A stretch of 62,669 nt of DNA from a virus (IMGVR_UViG_3300023184_000123:1-62669); one strand, 5' to 3'; numbered from the stretch's first letter, positions 1 through 10,628 are shown. The notes: generated by a model not told the origin, from the sequence alone. Translations and numbers: made by a program.

Positions 1-891
1 CACATTCCAGGCACCGACAGTCATGCCAGGACGCACAATGATGTTGTCTAATTCCATCATGGCTTTGAGGTTTGCTTCTACCTTACTCCACACTGTGCCA
101 GCACGTATTAGTTCAGCACGAGCTCCGATTTCGTCAATACTGGGCCATACTTCGATTTTGCCCGACTCCCATTGGCGCCAATAATCCAATACATTCTTGC
201 CACCATATGTTAACGTACTGGCATTTGTGTTATAACTGATGCGAACATCAAACCGCTTGTGTTCAACCAGCATATCAAGTATTTGCCAATGCTCGGGCAT
301 CATTAGTGGTTCACCGCCTGCAAAATATATTTTCTCCACGTGGTTTACTTGTTCTTTTAAGAAATCAAAGTTAGTCAAATCATCAACGCTGGCAATATTC
401 CAAACTTTATCTTGCTCATCTATCCACTTTAGTTTTTTGGCATCAGGCACCCATGTTGAACTGTAGCGTGGCCCACAACTGCGACATTTAAAATTACAAA
501 GATTACTGAAACGAAAATCCCAGTATTTCAACTCCATTGTGTCGCATGTGCCGTCGGGCTGGGTGATTTTTGGAATTTCTTTTAATACATCTGGAAAGTC
601 TCTAGCATGATGCACACGCCCACTTTCACCAGTTACACGTTCTTGATCAAAACATTTGTTGCAAATTGCCGGTTCAACACCATTGATCATGTCCTTACGA
701 ACAGACTTCATGTTATCGCTGTTCCAAATTTCTTCGATGGATTGCGTATTTAAATCACCAGCAAAATAATTGTGTGTACTGGTCAAACAACAGGGTATCA
801 CCATGCCGCTTGGCTCAAACGCAAGATGCATCCATGGCACAGCACATACCGTTTTTCTAAATTCGCTTATGTTTTTAATTTTGATTGGCAT
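1..891 (-). CDS. Radical SAM protein with N-terminal twitch/SPASM-like domain (3' end outside window)
   Basis: Hand translation from ATG 891: MPIKIKNISEFRKTVCAVPWMHLAFEPSGMVIPCC...CNKC...DFRFSNLCNFKCRSC (CxxxCxxC)...YFAGGEP; not in ORF track because it runs off the window. Confidence 0.85.
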   Translation of the reverse strand, partial: MPIKIKNISEFRKTVCAVPWMHLAFEPSGMVIPCCLTSTHNYFAGDLNTQSIEEIWNSDNMKSVRKDMINGVEPAICNKCFDQERVTGESGRVHHARDFPDVLKEIPKITQPDGTCDTMELKYWDFRFSNLCNFKCRSCGPRYSSTWVPDAKKLKWIDEQDKVWNIASVDDLTNFDFLKEQVNHVEKIYFAGGEPLMMPEHWQILDMLVEHKRFDVRISYNTNASTLTYGGKNVLDYWRQWESGKIEVWPSIDEIGARAELIRAGTVWSKVEANLKAMMELDNIIVRPGMTVGAWNV

Positions 892-2014
892 TGTTGTCCT
901 GTGCATATAGTATTTTACTTATGTCGCTGTGTAAGGTGTCTTGAAAATTCCTGCATCGCTCTATGAAGGTACGATGATTATGTTCGAATATGGGATACAG
1001 CTCTTTCATAACTTCATGCAGGTCTTCTCGATTTATAAAATCTAAACTGGCCTGTATCGCTAGTTCAATTCGACGTTCGTTATCAGACTCAAGATCGTAA
1101 CTTTCATCAATGTATCCGCTAAAAGTTTGATAACCCATGTCTCTAAGATATTGCAAACTGTACTGACCGTTTATTAGCACAAATGGTTGAAAATATTTTA
1201 TGGGTTTGTATGTTTTTTCGCTAAAGAATACATGACTGACAAATGTTTCACTCACAATGTGCAAATAGCTGTGATAAAACTTATCTTCAAATTTGTCTAT
1301 AATTATTGGATAGTCTAATGTATCTTGGTAATCCAAGGTGGTTGACACTCTTAAAGTCACGCAAGGATCTAAGTTTCCCCATTTTATTCTATAATTGGGA
1401 TAATATTCTGTAAATTTATCAAATGATGCTTTTCTATAATTAGATCGAATGGAATATTCTGCATTAACAAAACTTAAAAGTCCGTGTTCTCGATATGGGT
1501 ACAATGCTGTTACTACTGCAAACCTATGGGGGTGACATATCCTATTGAGAGAAATAAATTTATAAGGCCTGTGGCTATCCTTGAAAATATGTCCTCTACC
1601 TAAACTCTGTTCTTTTATGACATTACTGCTAAAACTAGATGGCTCCCAAGAATTAAAATATACTGATTTATAATGTGTAGACAATGTTGCATTACCTGTT
1701 ACAAAAATAATCTTGTTATCGTCTATCTTATTAAAAGTTTGTAAATATTTTATTATGTTATTGTATAGATTCCAGCTGTAACCTTCCCCATGATGCAACA
1801 TTGCTACTATACAATTGCCATGTTGCATCTCATGCAAGATCACATTTGGTATCCTTATATCCTGTACATGCGGAAAACCCGATGAGATACAAATGGGATA
1901 GAGGAATTTTGAGTTAGGAACTTGATTTACTATTTTAAATATTGATGACTCTAAGATTTCATTTTGAAAGTTATTAGAGTCATCAATGTACAATAATATT
2001 GGCGTTAAGTCCAT
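875..2014 (-). CDS. Hypothetical protein, paralog of 50989..52173
   Basis: 379-aa ORF; shares LNR..HR, SEKT.KPI...PF, LR.MG..F..IDxSYD motifs with 50989..52173. Confidence 0.75.
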   Translation of the reverse strand: MDLTPILLYIDDSNNFQNEILESSIFKIVNQVPNSKFLYPICISSGFPHVQDIRIPNVILHEMQHGNCIVAMLHHGEGYSWNLYNNIIKYLQTFNKIDDNKIIFVTGNATLSTHYKSVYFNSWEPSSFSSNVIKEQSLGRGHIFKDSHRPYKFISLNRICHPHRFAVVTALYPYREHGLLSFVNAEYSIRSNYRKASFDKFTEYYPNYRIKWGNLDPCVTLRVSTTLDYQDTLDYPIIIDKFEDKFYHSYLHIVSETFVSHVFFSEKTYKPIKYFQPFVLINGQYSLQYLRDMGYQTFSGYIDESYDLESDNERRIELAIQASLDFINREDLHEVMKELYPIFEHNHRTFIERCRNFQDTLHSDISKILYAQDNNANQN

Positions 2015-2850
2015 AGGCTATCTCTAGCCTTGATAAGACGAATCATCATGGCTTCGTCTTCTGCTTCATACGCTGATTCAATTTCCTGTAGCAGTGCATG
2101 AGACTTATCGCTCATGGCTTCAAGTTCGGGACTCTTCTCACCGCTGAAACGTAGCTTGCCGCCATTGGCTATTCTGCTGGCTTCACAGTACTCGGTCCAG
2201 CCACTGGCATCATATGGATCAGGCCGATTTGGATAGGTCACAGTCCACCATGTGTAAAGTTCTTTTATTTCTCGGGCACGTTCTGCTTGGCCAGTAGGCT
2301 TGCCGTGGTTGGGATCAGTTTCTTCCACACCCCAGTCCGAACCCATGGTCAATGTCATTGCCCAGTCAAGATGATCTAGGCCTGCTTGTGGCGAACGCCA
2401 TGTTCTCCAACGCCACCATCCACTGGCCCAGAATGGAGGATCGTATTTGGCTCTTGCATCTTTGTCTCCCCAAGCAATGTGACTCCATGCGGATTCTATT
2501 TCGACAAAATCCACCAACTCATTGAAAAGGCAAGGAAGGAAACGGTTGCCAACATCCTGCCACTGTCCCGGTTTGATATCTCTGGGATGAGCAGTAAGAC
2601 TATGAGTGCGACTAACCCAACGGTTATTAATATAGTACTTGATATCATATAATTTCCTTACGGGCCATGTTACAAAATCTTGGATATGTCCCAGTGCTTC
2701 TTCCGCTAACCAGTAACGAAAGTTGTGTTTCATTTGAGCGGCTGTGTTCCAGTCGTCCCATTCTTCGGCTGTGCCGGCACTGAGTTTTTTAGTGCCGCGA
2801 ATCCAGTCTGCAAAAGGAGTACAACTCCAATAGTTAGTGTGCTGTGCCAT
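2005..2850 (-). CDS. Hypothetical phage protein (Trp-rich)
   Basis: 281-aa ORF, tightly packed. Confidence 0.75.
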   Translation of the reverse strand: MAQHTNYWSCTPFADWIRGTKKLSAGTAEEWDDWNTAAQMKHNFRYWLAEEALGHIQDFVTWPVRKLYDIKYYINNRWVSRTHSLTAHPRDIKPGQWQDVGNRFLPCLFNELVDFVEIESAWSHIAWGDKDARAKYDPPFWASGWWRWRTWRSPQAGLDHLDWAMTLTMGSDWGVEETDPNHGKPTGQAERAREIKELYTWWTVTYPNRPDPYDASGWTEYCEASRIANGGKLRFSGEKSPELEAMSDKSHALLQEIESAYEAEDEAMMIRLIKARDSLWT

Positions 2851-2983
2851 CTTGTATCTTATTCATTGAATGTATGCTGTTTAACGGCGCTGTGTACACC
2901 GCAAACTGTGTTGCCTCATGCAGGTTGGAGAAATACCGTGTTGTCAAAGTACCTCCCACCATATAATACCTAACTTCCCACAT
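2834..2983 (-). CDS. Small hypothetical protein (49 aa)
   Basis: MWEVRYYMVGGTLTTRYF...; ATG overlaps the upstream stop and fills the gap. Confidence 0.5.
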   Translation of the reverse strand: MWEVRYYMVGGTLTTRYFSNLHEATQFAVYTAPLNSIHSMNKIQDGTAH

Positions 2984-3672
2984 TATTTCCTATCCCCGAA
3001 CAAGTGCAACAAGTTGATAAACAAGTTGATAAAGTCCATGTAAAGAGTTAAGGCACCTCGAATCTCCACAGCATCGTTGGTATCGTAACTGACTTCTTCT
3101 CGAATCTTTTGTGTGTCGTATGCGGTCAATCCTAGGAATATGATAATTGCTAGAGCAGAGATCACCATCTGCATTACCGTTGAACCAATAAAGATATTCA
3201 CAATACTGGCAATCACAATAGCAATTAGTCCCACAAACATGAACTTGCCTAGACTATCAAGACTCTGTTTGGTAAAATAACCATACCCACTCATTACCGC
3301 AAACAATACGGCTGCACCCATAAATGCTGACACAATTGATCCCATGGTGAACACAGCAAAGATGGTGGCAAAACTCAGTCCCATCAGTGCCGCAAAGCCA
3401 TGCAAGCATAACTGTGCCACGCCTTTACTAGGATTAGTGGCCAATACCATACTGACTCCAAAGATTGCCGCTAGCGGAGCAAATATCACAATCCACTTTA
3501 GCACACCGGTAAAAAAGAATTCCAGCAACTCCGGGCTGGTGCCCACAAAGTAACTGACCACCATGGACATAACAACAGCCAAACTCATGTGCCCATACAC
3601 ACGTGCCATTGCTGAGTTGATTTCGCTGGCAGAACGATATGACATTCCACCTGTATAAGTTGTTCCAAACAT
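2983..3672 (-). CDS. Bax inhibitor-1/YccA family membrane protein
   Basis: Multiple TM segments, LTAYDTQKI and GALTLYMDFINLF motifs; start MFGTT after AGGAGA RBS. Confidence 0.9.
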   Translation of the reverse strand: MFGTTYTGGMSYRSASEINSAMARVYGHMSLAVVMSMVVSYFVGTSPELLEFFFTGVLKWIVIFAPLAAIFGVSMVLATNPSKGVAQLCLHGFAALMGLSFATIFAVFTMGSIVSAFMGAAVLFAVMSGYGYFTKQSLDSLGKFMFVGLIAIVIASIVNIFIGSTVMQMVISALAIIIFLGLTAYDTQKIREEVSYDTNDAVEIRGALTLYMDFINLFINLLHLFGDRK

Positions 3673-3673
3673 T

Positions 3674-4042
3674 TTATTCTCCTTTAATAAATTGCGCCAA
3701 TTCAGGCGACTTCCAACCAACGGGTTTCAAAACTTTACCATCTTCACGTTTACGTACTTTGCCAGTTGCATGATCAATCTTGGCAAAGTTTGTCTGCATT
3801 ACTTCTTTCCACGCACCTTCAGCATCTGCACCCATGCTATGGACAGCACCAATAGTAACAACTAATATATCAATCAGTGCATCTAATTGCTCTACCCGAT
3901 CATCGGATAAAGTGGCTTCTAACAATTCTTGATGTTCTTCACTGATAAGTTTAACATACATTGCATACTGTAGTTCATTAAATGAGTCTACAGTTTGATC
4001 GCAAGCCCGCATAAATTTTTCTTGATCTCTAAACGGATTCAT
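3674..4042 (-). CDS. MazG-like/PRA-PH family NTP pyrophosphohydrolase
   Basis: LISEEHQEL...DALIDILVV...N.AK...DGKVLKP motifs. Confidence 0.85.
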   Translation of the reverse strand: MNPFRDQEKFMRACDQTVDSFNELQYAMYVKLISEEHQELLEATLSDDRVEQLDALIDILVVTIGAVHSMGADAEGAWKEVMQTNFAKIDHATGKVRKREDGKVLKPVGWKSPELAQFIKGE

Positions 4043-4043
4043 A

Positions 4044-4241
4044 TTAAGCCATCCTATCTACATTTTGTCCCGGGCGATTTAGTTGCCGGTTAATTTCCAT
4101 GCGTCTGGCTTCGTTGGCTTTGAGATCTTCTCGAACTCTTAGTTCTTCAACACGCTGTGCTTCGTGTCGTTTATCTAAATTATTAATTGACATCTGTCTA
4201 TACATTTCATTATTGTATTCTGTGATTCTACTAACTGTCAT
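4044..4241 (-). CDS. Hypothetical protein
   Basis: 65-aa ORF overlapping the ligase stop. Confidence 0.6.
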   Translation of the reverse strand: MTVSRITEYNNEMYRQMSINNLDKRHEAQRVEELRVREDLKANEARRMEINRQLNRPGQNVDRMA

Positions 4242-5563
4242 AATTTTTCTCCTATTTCAAAGCCCCTGAATCTGAGGAACCTGGGGAACCGCAAACTAAA
4301 CGATCCGTCTTGATTTTGTGTGACTGCGTCTGCTCGCACTTCCACAATCTGTCCAACGACTTCACTACCTGCACTCCAAAAAGTATCACGATCATTATCA
4401 CTAAAACCACTACCCACATTGACCATAATTGATTTACCGTCGTCCACGCCCTTGCAGACCAATGCCCCAAGACGTCCGACATTTCTTCCAGTGCCTTCTT
4501 CCAGCGACTTGACCTCAAGACTAACTTCGATAAACGGCTTGAGCTTGAGCCAAGCAACACTTCTTTTACATTCATATTGTGCCTCTGGATCCTTAATCAT
4601 AATACCTTCATAACCACCTGCAACTGCTTTTTGATTAATTTCTTTAAAACGTACTTGGCCGGCTTCCGTATCTAAATCAACAAGTTCGTGCCCCACAACT
4701 GTCACGTTAGGTAACAGGTCTTTATATGTTTTATGCCAATAATAAATCATATCACTTCGAGCAGCTTGATCTTTATTCCAAAAACCTTTTTCAAAATCCT
4801 CTAAGGGTAACACATCAAACAAATTAAGAACAGCATCACCTGCTGCTACATTGTCTTTACGATGAACTTGTTTCATTAAGTCTTGAAAACTGCTGCTCAT
4901 AATCTCGCCGTCTAGTACAACATCTATATTTTTGTCAGTGCCGTGTGTTTTCACCACATTACTGAGTTGTTCTACAATGTGTGGGAAATTAGCAAGCTCT
5001 TTGCCATTGCGACTAAACATATCCACACGACCGTCACTACGTACAATAGTGATAACCCTAACGCCATCCAGTTTAACTTCGATAAGTTTCTTCCCTGCCA
5101 CTTTAGATTCATGATTTGCACTATCATGAGCAAGCTGACAACCAAAAACAGGAATAGCATAATCAGCATATTTCTTCTCCACCACTTTGTTGATTGTTTT
5201 TTCACTAACACCGCAACGCAGATCTTTGATCAGTATGCGTCGATACCATCCATTCCATTCTGCCTTGGTGGCAGATGCCATCATCTTAGCAACAGTGTCA
5301 CGGGCAAGGTTGCCGGTGAGTTCACGATTAACAAAACCAGTAATAATGAGACTAAAACTATCCCAATCCAAGCCATCACCATCTTCATCTTTTTTCTCCG
5401 GTATTTGTTTAAGTCCAAATGTTATCATAGGGTCTAATGCAAGTCGGCAACCCGCAAAGAATTCGTTATCGCCTTCTTGGGCAATAACTTCAATAATGGC
5501 TTCTTTGTTTAAACGACTTGGATGGCACTCCAAGTCCCAAATGTGGCTAGCGCAACGACTCAT
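4238..5563 (-). CDS. ATP-dependent DNA ligase
   Basis: KLDGVR (motif I), LDGEI, EGIMIK, WLKLK, SLRFPRF. Confidence 0.95.
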   Translation of the reverse strand: MSRCASHIWDLECHPSRLNKEAIIEVIAQEGDNEFFAGCRLALDPMITFGLKQIPEKKDEDGDGLDWDSFSLIITGFVNRELTGNLARDTVAKMMASATKAEWNGWYRRILIKDLRCGVSEKTINKVVEKKYADYAIPVFGCQLAHDSANHESKVAGKKLIEVKLDGVRVITIVRSDGRVDMFSRNGKELANFPHIVEQLSNVVKTHGTDKNIDVVLDGEIMSSSFQDLMKQVHRKDNVAAGDAVLNLFDVLPLEDFEKGFWNKDQAARSDMIYYWHKTYKDLLPNVTVVGHELVDLDTEAGQVRFKEINQKAVAGGYEGIMIKDPEAQYECKRSVAWLKLKPFIEVSLEVKSLEEGTGRNVGRLGALVCKGVDDGKSIMVNVGSGFSDNDRDTFWSAGSEVVGQIVEVRADAVTQNQDGSFSLRFPRFLRFRGFEIGEKL

Positions 5564-5595
5564 TTCAACTCCGTTAATTAACTGTTTATGTATGT

Positions 5596-5624
5596 ATTAT
5601 ACAGTGTAATTATCAGTATGTCAA
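5596..5624 (-). promoter_or_regulatory. sigma70 promoter
   Basis: TTGACA-17-TATAAT upstream of the ligase. Confidence 0.8.
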
Positions 5625-6341
5625 GTGTGTTGATGTCTTAAATGGCTTACCTACTTCAGCATATTCCAATTGTTTCATAATTTTGTGTTTCATTTGGCAA
5701 ACTTTTGGATGAGCATGATCGTACTCAAATGCTTTCATAAAGCGCCCCCAACCATTTGGTCTAGCACGTTTTGGAACACGACTGTCCAAATACGTGCTGA
5801 TAGCTGTGGTGTCAAAACCAAATTTATCAATCAGTTCCTGTGCTAGATTAAAAGAATGGGCTCCCATTTCGTCTCGGTGTCCATAGTACTCTTGCTCTCT
5901 GCGATCCTTGGCATAGTATGCAGTGCTTTCGTATCCAGGAATATCTTTGAAATTTCTAGCACGATATTGACGAGTATGAATGATTTCGTGAAGCACAGTG
6001 TCTGCAAAAACTGTGCAAATTCGACTCCATCTGTACTCACTGGTTTTCATAGTCAATGCATCGGGCGGACAGGCCAGTTGTATTTCAATAAATCTTTTAT
6101 TTCCTGCATTATCCAAATAGCTGTGGTAAACGCCGCCAATCCAAATTTCACCTTTGCGTACAGGTGCAAATCGACTGGTTGTTACCTTTACAGGTAACAG
6201 TGTTTTGATGTGCTTGCTCACAAGGCTGGTGAACTGACCAATGGTGAGACGTTTATCCACAATTTCGGGTTTGAGATTGTGGAGCATTGAATACAGCATA
6301 TCTCGATCCAACAAAGACCAGTTAAACGCCTTACGGGCCAC
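5613..6341 (-). CDS. Hypothetical protein with HExxH motif, paralog of 13698..14366
   Basis: TVLHEIIHTRQ...DEMGAHS. Confidence 0.7.
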   Translation of the reverse strand: MARKAFNWSLLDRDMLYSMLHNLKPEIVDKRLTIGQFTSLVSKHIKTLLPVKVTTSRFAPVRKGEIWIGGVYHSYLDNAGNKRFIEIQLACPPDALTMKTSEYRWSRICTVFADTVLHEIIHTRQYRARNFKDIPGYESTAYYAKDRREQEYYGHRDEMGAHSFNLAQELIDKFGFDTTAISTYLDSRVPKRARPNGWGRFMKAFEYDHAHPKVCQMKHKIMKQLEYAEVGKPFKTSTHLTY

Positions 6342-6400
6342 GGCACACTCCTATACATACGTATTTATAGTGTACTAGGGCTTTCAGTTATATGCGCATT

Positions 6401-7021
6401 TTATGGGCGTTTTTCAATGACCTTATCAGCCAAGCCGTAAGCAACCGCTTCTGCGGCACTCAAAAACGTATCAAATTTCATAGCTTCGTACAGCTGAGCA
6501 TATGTTTTTCCAGCAGTATTATGCTTGACATACAATTCGGTTAGGCGTTCGTTGATACGTTTGGATTCTTCAAAACCACGTCTTGCGTCTTCAAACTCCA
6601 GTTCCTGTACATGCACTGTGCCACGTGTGCCCGGAGTACCAGAACTAACACGGTGGATCATGGTGCGTGATTCAGGCAACACAAACCGCTTGCCAGCCGC
6701 ACCCGCTTGTGACAAGAAACTGCCCATGCTGCATGCTTGACCCATGACATAGGTTGCTACATCTGGTCGAATAAACTGCATGGTATCGTAGATAGCTAGT
6801 CCTGCTGTAACACTACCACCTGGGCTATTGATAAACAAATTGATGTCTTCATTTCCTTGACTTTCCAAAAACAGCAACTGGGCAACCAACAAACTTGACG
6901 TGTGTTCGTTAACATCAGTGTCCAACATGATCACACGGTCTTTGAGCAAACGACTATAAATGTCATAAGCTCGTTCACCCTTGGGCTCACTTTCAATAAC
7001 CATTGGTACCAAATTTGGCAT
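6401..7021 (-). CDS. clpP: ATP-dependent Clp protease proteolytic subunit
   Basis: [25 protein letters not shown] (catalytic Ser), [12 protein letters not shown]. Confidence 0.95.
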   Translation of the reverse strand: MPNLVPMVIESEPKGERAYDIYSRLLKDRVIMLDTDVNEHTSSLLVAQLLFLESQGNEDINLFINSPGGSVTAGLAIYDTMQFIRPDVATYVMGQACSMGSFLSQAGAAGKRFVLPESRTMIHRVSSGTPGTRGTVHVQELEFEDARRGFEESKRINERLTELYVKHNTAGKTYAQLYEAMKFDTFLSAAEAVAYGLADKVIEKRP

Positions 7022-7022
7022 T

Positions 7023-7448
7023 TTATTCCTTATGTCCTAGTAGTTTTATCATTGTGCGTACATGAACGCGATCTTTTTCTTTTTCATCTTCAGGTAACTC
7101 GTCATAAGGTACATGCTGTGCCGCATTGTAATCGGCCATAGGATTACGTTCCATCCACTTGATATGAATATACTCTGAGGCCTTTTCAATATCACGAGGA
7201 AATTTTTTCACAGCATGTTCCGCAGCCTGCCCAGCCGCAAGATTTTCTTTTTGCCAATCTGGATGTAGTTTGTTAAAAGGTACATTAATGTCACCTTCAG
7301 TGCCGTCGCTATTTTTCTTAATACGGGGCTTAGTTCCACTTGGATCAAAATTCCTACGCCATTCCTCGTGAGCCATGCTAGCAAATTGTTGTACAGCATT
7401 CTCTGCTAGCATAGCAGTTTCGACAATATTAATAAACTCTTTGATCAT
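7023..7448 (-). CDS. Hypothetical protein with RyR-repeat-like motifs
   Basis: AHEEW...VPFNKL / IHIKW...[15 protein letters not shown]. Confidence 0.6.
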   Translation of the reverse strand: MIKEFINIVETAMLAENAVQQFASMAHEEWRRNFDPSGTKPRIKKNSDGTEGDINVPFNKLHPDWQKENLAAGQAAEHAVKKFPRDIEKASEYIHIKWMERNPMADYNAAQHVPYDELPEDEKEKDRVHVRTMIKLLGHKE

Positions 7449-8017
7449 TGCTTGTCCAGCTCTTTGAATGCTTCAGATGAACGTGTGTTTTCGTTTTGTT
7501 CACGAACATTTCGTTCCTTGGCTCGACGCAGCACGTTTGCATCACCGGTGGGCAGTGCCACCAGCACAAATGCTGTGTACTTGTTGCCTGAACGAACCAC
7601 AACTGGATTCTCGTCTACGTTCTTGGCACCGTATGTTTCAACCCCAGTCACATCCACAGCATTACAACTGGTCTTGGTGGCCTTTTCAATTCTGCTGGAC
7701 TGTGTTGAGCCAGTTTCAAATTGCTTGGTGTTTGAACTCACTGTGCCGCCTGCACTGTAACAGATCTCTGTCAAGGCATTGGTACGAGCCAAATGCACAG
7801 CCATGTTGTAGCTTTCAGAAGTACCTTCTGCAGCTGCAAAAACAGCACTGTCGCTGGTGGGCAACTTGCCCATGAAACTTGGACGGCGCTTCAATGCCTG
7901 GTCAATGGATTTTTCTTTATACTCGCGTTCGTTTTCCACACGCTTTTGATAAACATCAGTTGTGCCGCATGCTGTCAAAAGAGCAACAATGGGTAAAAGT
8001 GTTAGAATTTTTTTCAT
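7445..8017 (-). CDS. Putative lipoprotein
   Basis: Signal peptide with LTAC lipobox. Confidence 0.75.
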   Translation of the reverse strand: MKKILTLLPIVALLTACGTTDVYQKRVENEREYKEKSIDQALKRRPSFMGKLPTSDSAVFAAAEGTSESYNMAVHLARTNALTEICYSAGGTVSSNTKQFETGSTQSSRIEKATKTSCNAVDVTGVETYGAKNVDENPVVVRSGNKYTAFVLVALPTGDANVLRRAKERNVREQNENTRSSEAFKELDKQ

Positions 8018-8018
8018 C

Positions 8019-8147
8019 TCAGTTTCCTACTTTCTTAATATATTGACCTGCTTTGTTTAAATCCTGTCCCGCACCTTCTACAGCACCACCAATGGTGCCG
8101 CATGCGGTTAGGGTCATAACTACCAAACTCAAAATTATCATTTTCAT
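8019..8147 (-). CDS. Entericidin-like small lipoprotein (42 aa)
   Basis: MKMIILSLVVMTLTACGTIGGAVEGAGQDLNKAGQYIKKVGN; lipobox and GxGxD pattern. Confidence 0.7.
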   Translation of the reverse strand: MKMIILSLVVMTLTACGTIGGAVEGAGQDLNKAGQYIKKVGN

Positions 8148-8272
8148 TTTGCCATCTCCTGACTGTGTGTTTTAACTGTGTCTATGCCGTTGTCCAACAT
8201 TCTAGCAATACCGGAAAATCCAACAGTTGCCAAAATTAGTCCAAAGACAGTGCCTAAAATAAATGCCTTCAT
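8144..8272 (-). CDS. Small membrane protein (42 aa)
   Basis: MKAFILGTVFGLILATVGFSGIARMLDNG...; downstream of promoter at 8308. Confidence 0.65.
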   Translation of the reverse strand: MKAFILGTVFGLILATVGFSGIARMLDNGIDTVKTHSQEMAK

Positions 8273-8307
8273 AAAGTTGCCTTTCTATGTGTGTTAAACA
8301 TGTTAGT

Positions 8308-8336
8308 ATTATAGCGCATCAACTGTCCAGTGTCAA
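8308..8336 (-). promoter_or_regulatory. sigma70 promoter
   Basis: TTGACA-17-TATAAT. Confidence 0.8.
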
Positions 8337-8352
8337 CAACGAATTTCACCAA

Positions 8353-8766
8353 TTAACTGGTATGATACTTGCAATTAACATTGGATTCACTTTTGAAAGT
8401 TCCACCAATATCCAAAAGAAGATTCTTCCTAGCACGTTCTCTTGCATAGTAGCAAAGACTGTCTTGCTGTTCTAGCCCAACTTCAGATTCTGTCAATTTG
8501 TAAGTTTTGCCATCGATATCAATTTCAAATTCCACAGTACACAAGTTCCTAGGGCCGTCCTTGCCTTTGACTTTGATTAGATTTTTAATTGGACTCACCG
8601 TGTGTTCAGTAACCAAATTGCTTGTGGTATTCACTTTGCAGCCATCCGGACCTTCGGGTATTGCCGCAACTTCCACAATAACTTCTTTGATTTGAACAAT
8701 CACCTGTGGAGGTGCTTGATCACATGCCGACAACAGTAAGGCCAAACATATAATTGAATACCGCAT
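8353..8766 (-). CDS. Putative lipoprotein
   Basis: LSAC lipobox. Confidence 0.7.
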   Translation of the reverse strand: MRYSIICLALLLSACDQAPPQVIVQIKEVIVEVAAIPEGPDGCKVNTTSNLVTEHTVSPIKNLIKVKGKDGPRNLCTVEFEIDIDGKTYKLTESEVGLEQQDSLCYYARERARKNLLLDIGGTFKSESNVNCKYHTS

Positions 8767-8808
8767 ATCAACTTTCTATCAAGTTACAATAGTGTTAGTA
8801 TACTTGAA

Positions 8809-9234
8809 TTATTTGTATTTGTCATCCAGTGTGACACTCGAAAGAGCAGCAATGGTTTGGAACTTTTCCCAAGCCAATTTGGCAGTGGGATTGGCCTCCA
8901 ATTCACTATTGGGCAACACTGCTTCCAACCAAATTTCAGGCCGGCGTTGCGGTCGAGCACCAAATTTACGAGGTTGATGCATCTTGCCATCTTCGTACAG
9001 CATACAGCTCACACTGCGGAATTTGTCCTCATCGTCTTTGCTGTGGAAATCATAATTGCTCCATTCGGGATTACTCAGTCCTCCTAGGCAGTAACCCGTC
9101 CAAATTCCTGTCCACTGCACATCATCCCGTGGATCAAAATCTGTACGAGTGATCAATACCAACACATCATCCATGCTCACACGGCCTTCCACAATGTCCA
9201 ATACACAACGGCTGTAGCTTAGTCCAATTTTCAT
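8809..9234 (-). CDS. Hypothetical phage protein
   Basis: 141-aa ORF with AAGGA RBS. Confidence 0.7.
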   Translation of the reverse strand: MKIGLSYSRCVLDIVEGRVSMDDVLVLITRTDFDPRDDVQWTGIWTGYCLGGLSNPEWSNYDFHSKDDEDKFRSVSCMLYEDGKMHQPRKFGARPQRRPEIWLEAVLPNSELEANPTAKLAWEKFQTIAALSSVTLDDKYK

Positions 9235-9244
9235 TTGTTATCCT

Positions 9245-10072
9245 TTATGACCATGAGCCGGCTCTTTTCGAACCAGCTAACATTGTATTAAAATCCACCA
9301 TGCAAAGATTTTCCTTTGCAAAATTCAAATCGTTATAATTATCTAAAGTGATAATTTCTTTATGGAATCCTACATTGATCAAATCTAGTTGTTTGTCTTT
9401 TTCAATTGATTCAATTACTGCTTTTGCTAGAATTTCATGATTGATTTTACAGAGGTGATTGAATCTACATTCCATTCCCTTCCATAGGTCTCTCATGACT
9501 TCTGTAACATTAAATGTTTTTTTCAATTCAAGTGCTTGCGCATCTTCTGTTAAACAGCCATGTGCTATGTTAAGATGTGGCCACTCTTGTGCGTTTATAC
9601 TGTTGATAAATGCTGGTATAATTATGGGTTTACGCAGGTCCAGCTCTAAACAACGATAACTTATTTCACCCAATCGATGGCGTTGAAGACGAAGGGCTTG
9701 CGCATCTCGCCAGATTTTACTTGCAAAATTTTGACCAGCATCCCATATACTCCTGTCGGGTACAAATTTTCGCCATGCTTCATATCTATAATTAGAAAGA
9801 TTACTAAGGTACGGCGCATTTTCAAAATACCAAAATCTGTGTTCACTGGTGAGCACAAAAACCAGTTGGTCGTGTTTGGTGAGATTTCCAGATTTGATCT
9901 GTTTATCAAACATGTCCATTTGCCAATCTTGGCAACAGCCCTCTATGCTGTTATTCAAAACAGAGTCAACTTGAAAATAGTTTCCTACCTGTACTGGCCA
10001 GAGATCAAATTGGCTAGTGGGATGTGGGAAAGCAAAGCTGTCGCCAATAACGATTAAATTACGCATGGTCAT
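9245..10072 (-). CDS. SGNH/GDSL-like protein
   Basis: N-terminal IGDSF, C-terminal RFNHL...H. Confidence 0.6.
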   Translation of the reverse strand: MTMRNLIVIGDSFAFPHPTSQFDLWPVQVGNYFQVDSVLNNSIEGCCQDWQMDMFDKQIKSGNLTKHDQLVFVLTSEHRFWYFENAPYLSNLSNYRYEAWRKFVPDRSIWDAGQNFASKIWRDAQALRLQRHRLGEISYRCLELDLRKPIIIPAFINSINAQEWPHLNIAHGCLTEDAQALELKKTFNVTEVMRDLWKGMECRFNHLCKINHEILAKAVIESIEKDKQLDLINVGFHKEIITLDNYNDLNFAKENLCMVDFNTMLAGSKRAGSWS

Positions 10073-10480
10073 TTATGAAATTACTGTTTCAGGTTTATGA
10101 GTTTTAAAAACATTTTGTCCGCAACGCCTAACAGCGTCTGCCAGCACCTGCGGCGATTCTTCTGCAATTTCTTCCAATTCAGTTTGAGTCATTTCACTTT
10201 CGAATGCCCATATCTCAGGAAACCTCTGTGGGTTGGCCCGTGCCCTTAATACAGCATGTCTAGGTATAGGTAAGTCAATCTTCTCGTCTCCCTTTAGCAC
10301 AGCCCAGAACTTTTTCTTGTCATATTCAGTTACATTAAAGATCCATTCAAAACCCACTGTATCAAAATAACACATGTATGCATTCATATTAACCTCTTGA
10401 TGCTGTTTGACTACGGGTAATAGTGGGACCGCTGCTTTCAAAGTCCATGCCAGCACCACGTCCTTCGTAACACCGGCCAT
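10073..10480 (-). CDS. Hypothetical protein (true start probably near 10389)
   Basis: ORF track; packing suggests MNMNAY start. Confidence 0.6.
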   Translation of the reverse strand: MAGVTKDVVLAWTLKAAVPLLPVVKQHQEVNMNAYMCYFDTVGFEWIFNVTEYDKKKFWAVLKGDEKIDLPIPRHAVLRARANPQRFPEIWAFESEMTQTELEEIAEESPQVLADAVRRCGQNVFKTHKPETVIS

Positions 10481-10628
10481 TCCATTTCATGCTGATCTTA
10501 ACGGCCTTGTTCACAATTACATTGAGCAGGACCTTGTCTTCAAAGTCCTGCACAACAGCTTCAGTCATCTTGGCAGATTTTGCCATTTTGATTTGACACG
10601 TATCACTGTGCCTCAGTACTGTTGCCAC
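10389..10628 (-). CDS. Hypothetical protein
   Basis: 79-aa ORF in operon. Confidence 0.6.
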   Translation of the reverse strand: MATVLRHSDTCQIKMAKSAKMTEAVVQDFEDKVLLNVIVNKAVKISMKWNGRCYEGRGAGMDFESSGPTITRSQTASRG

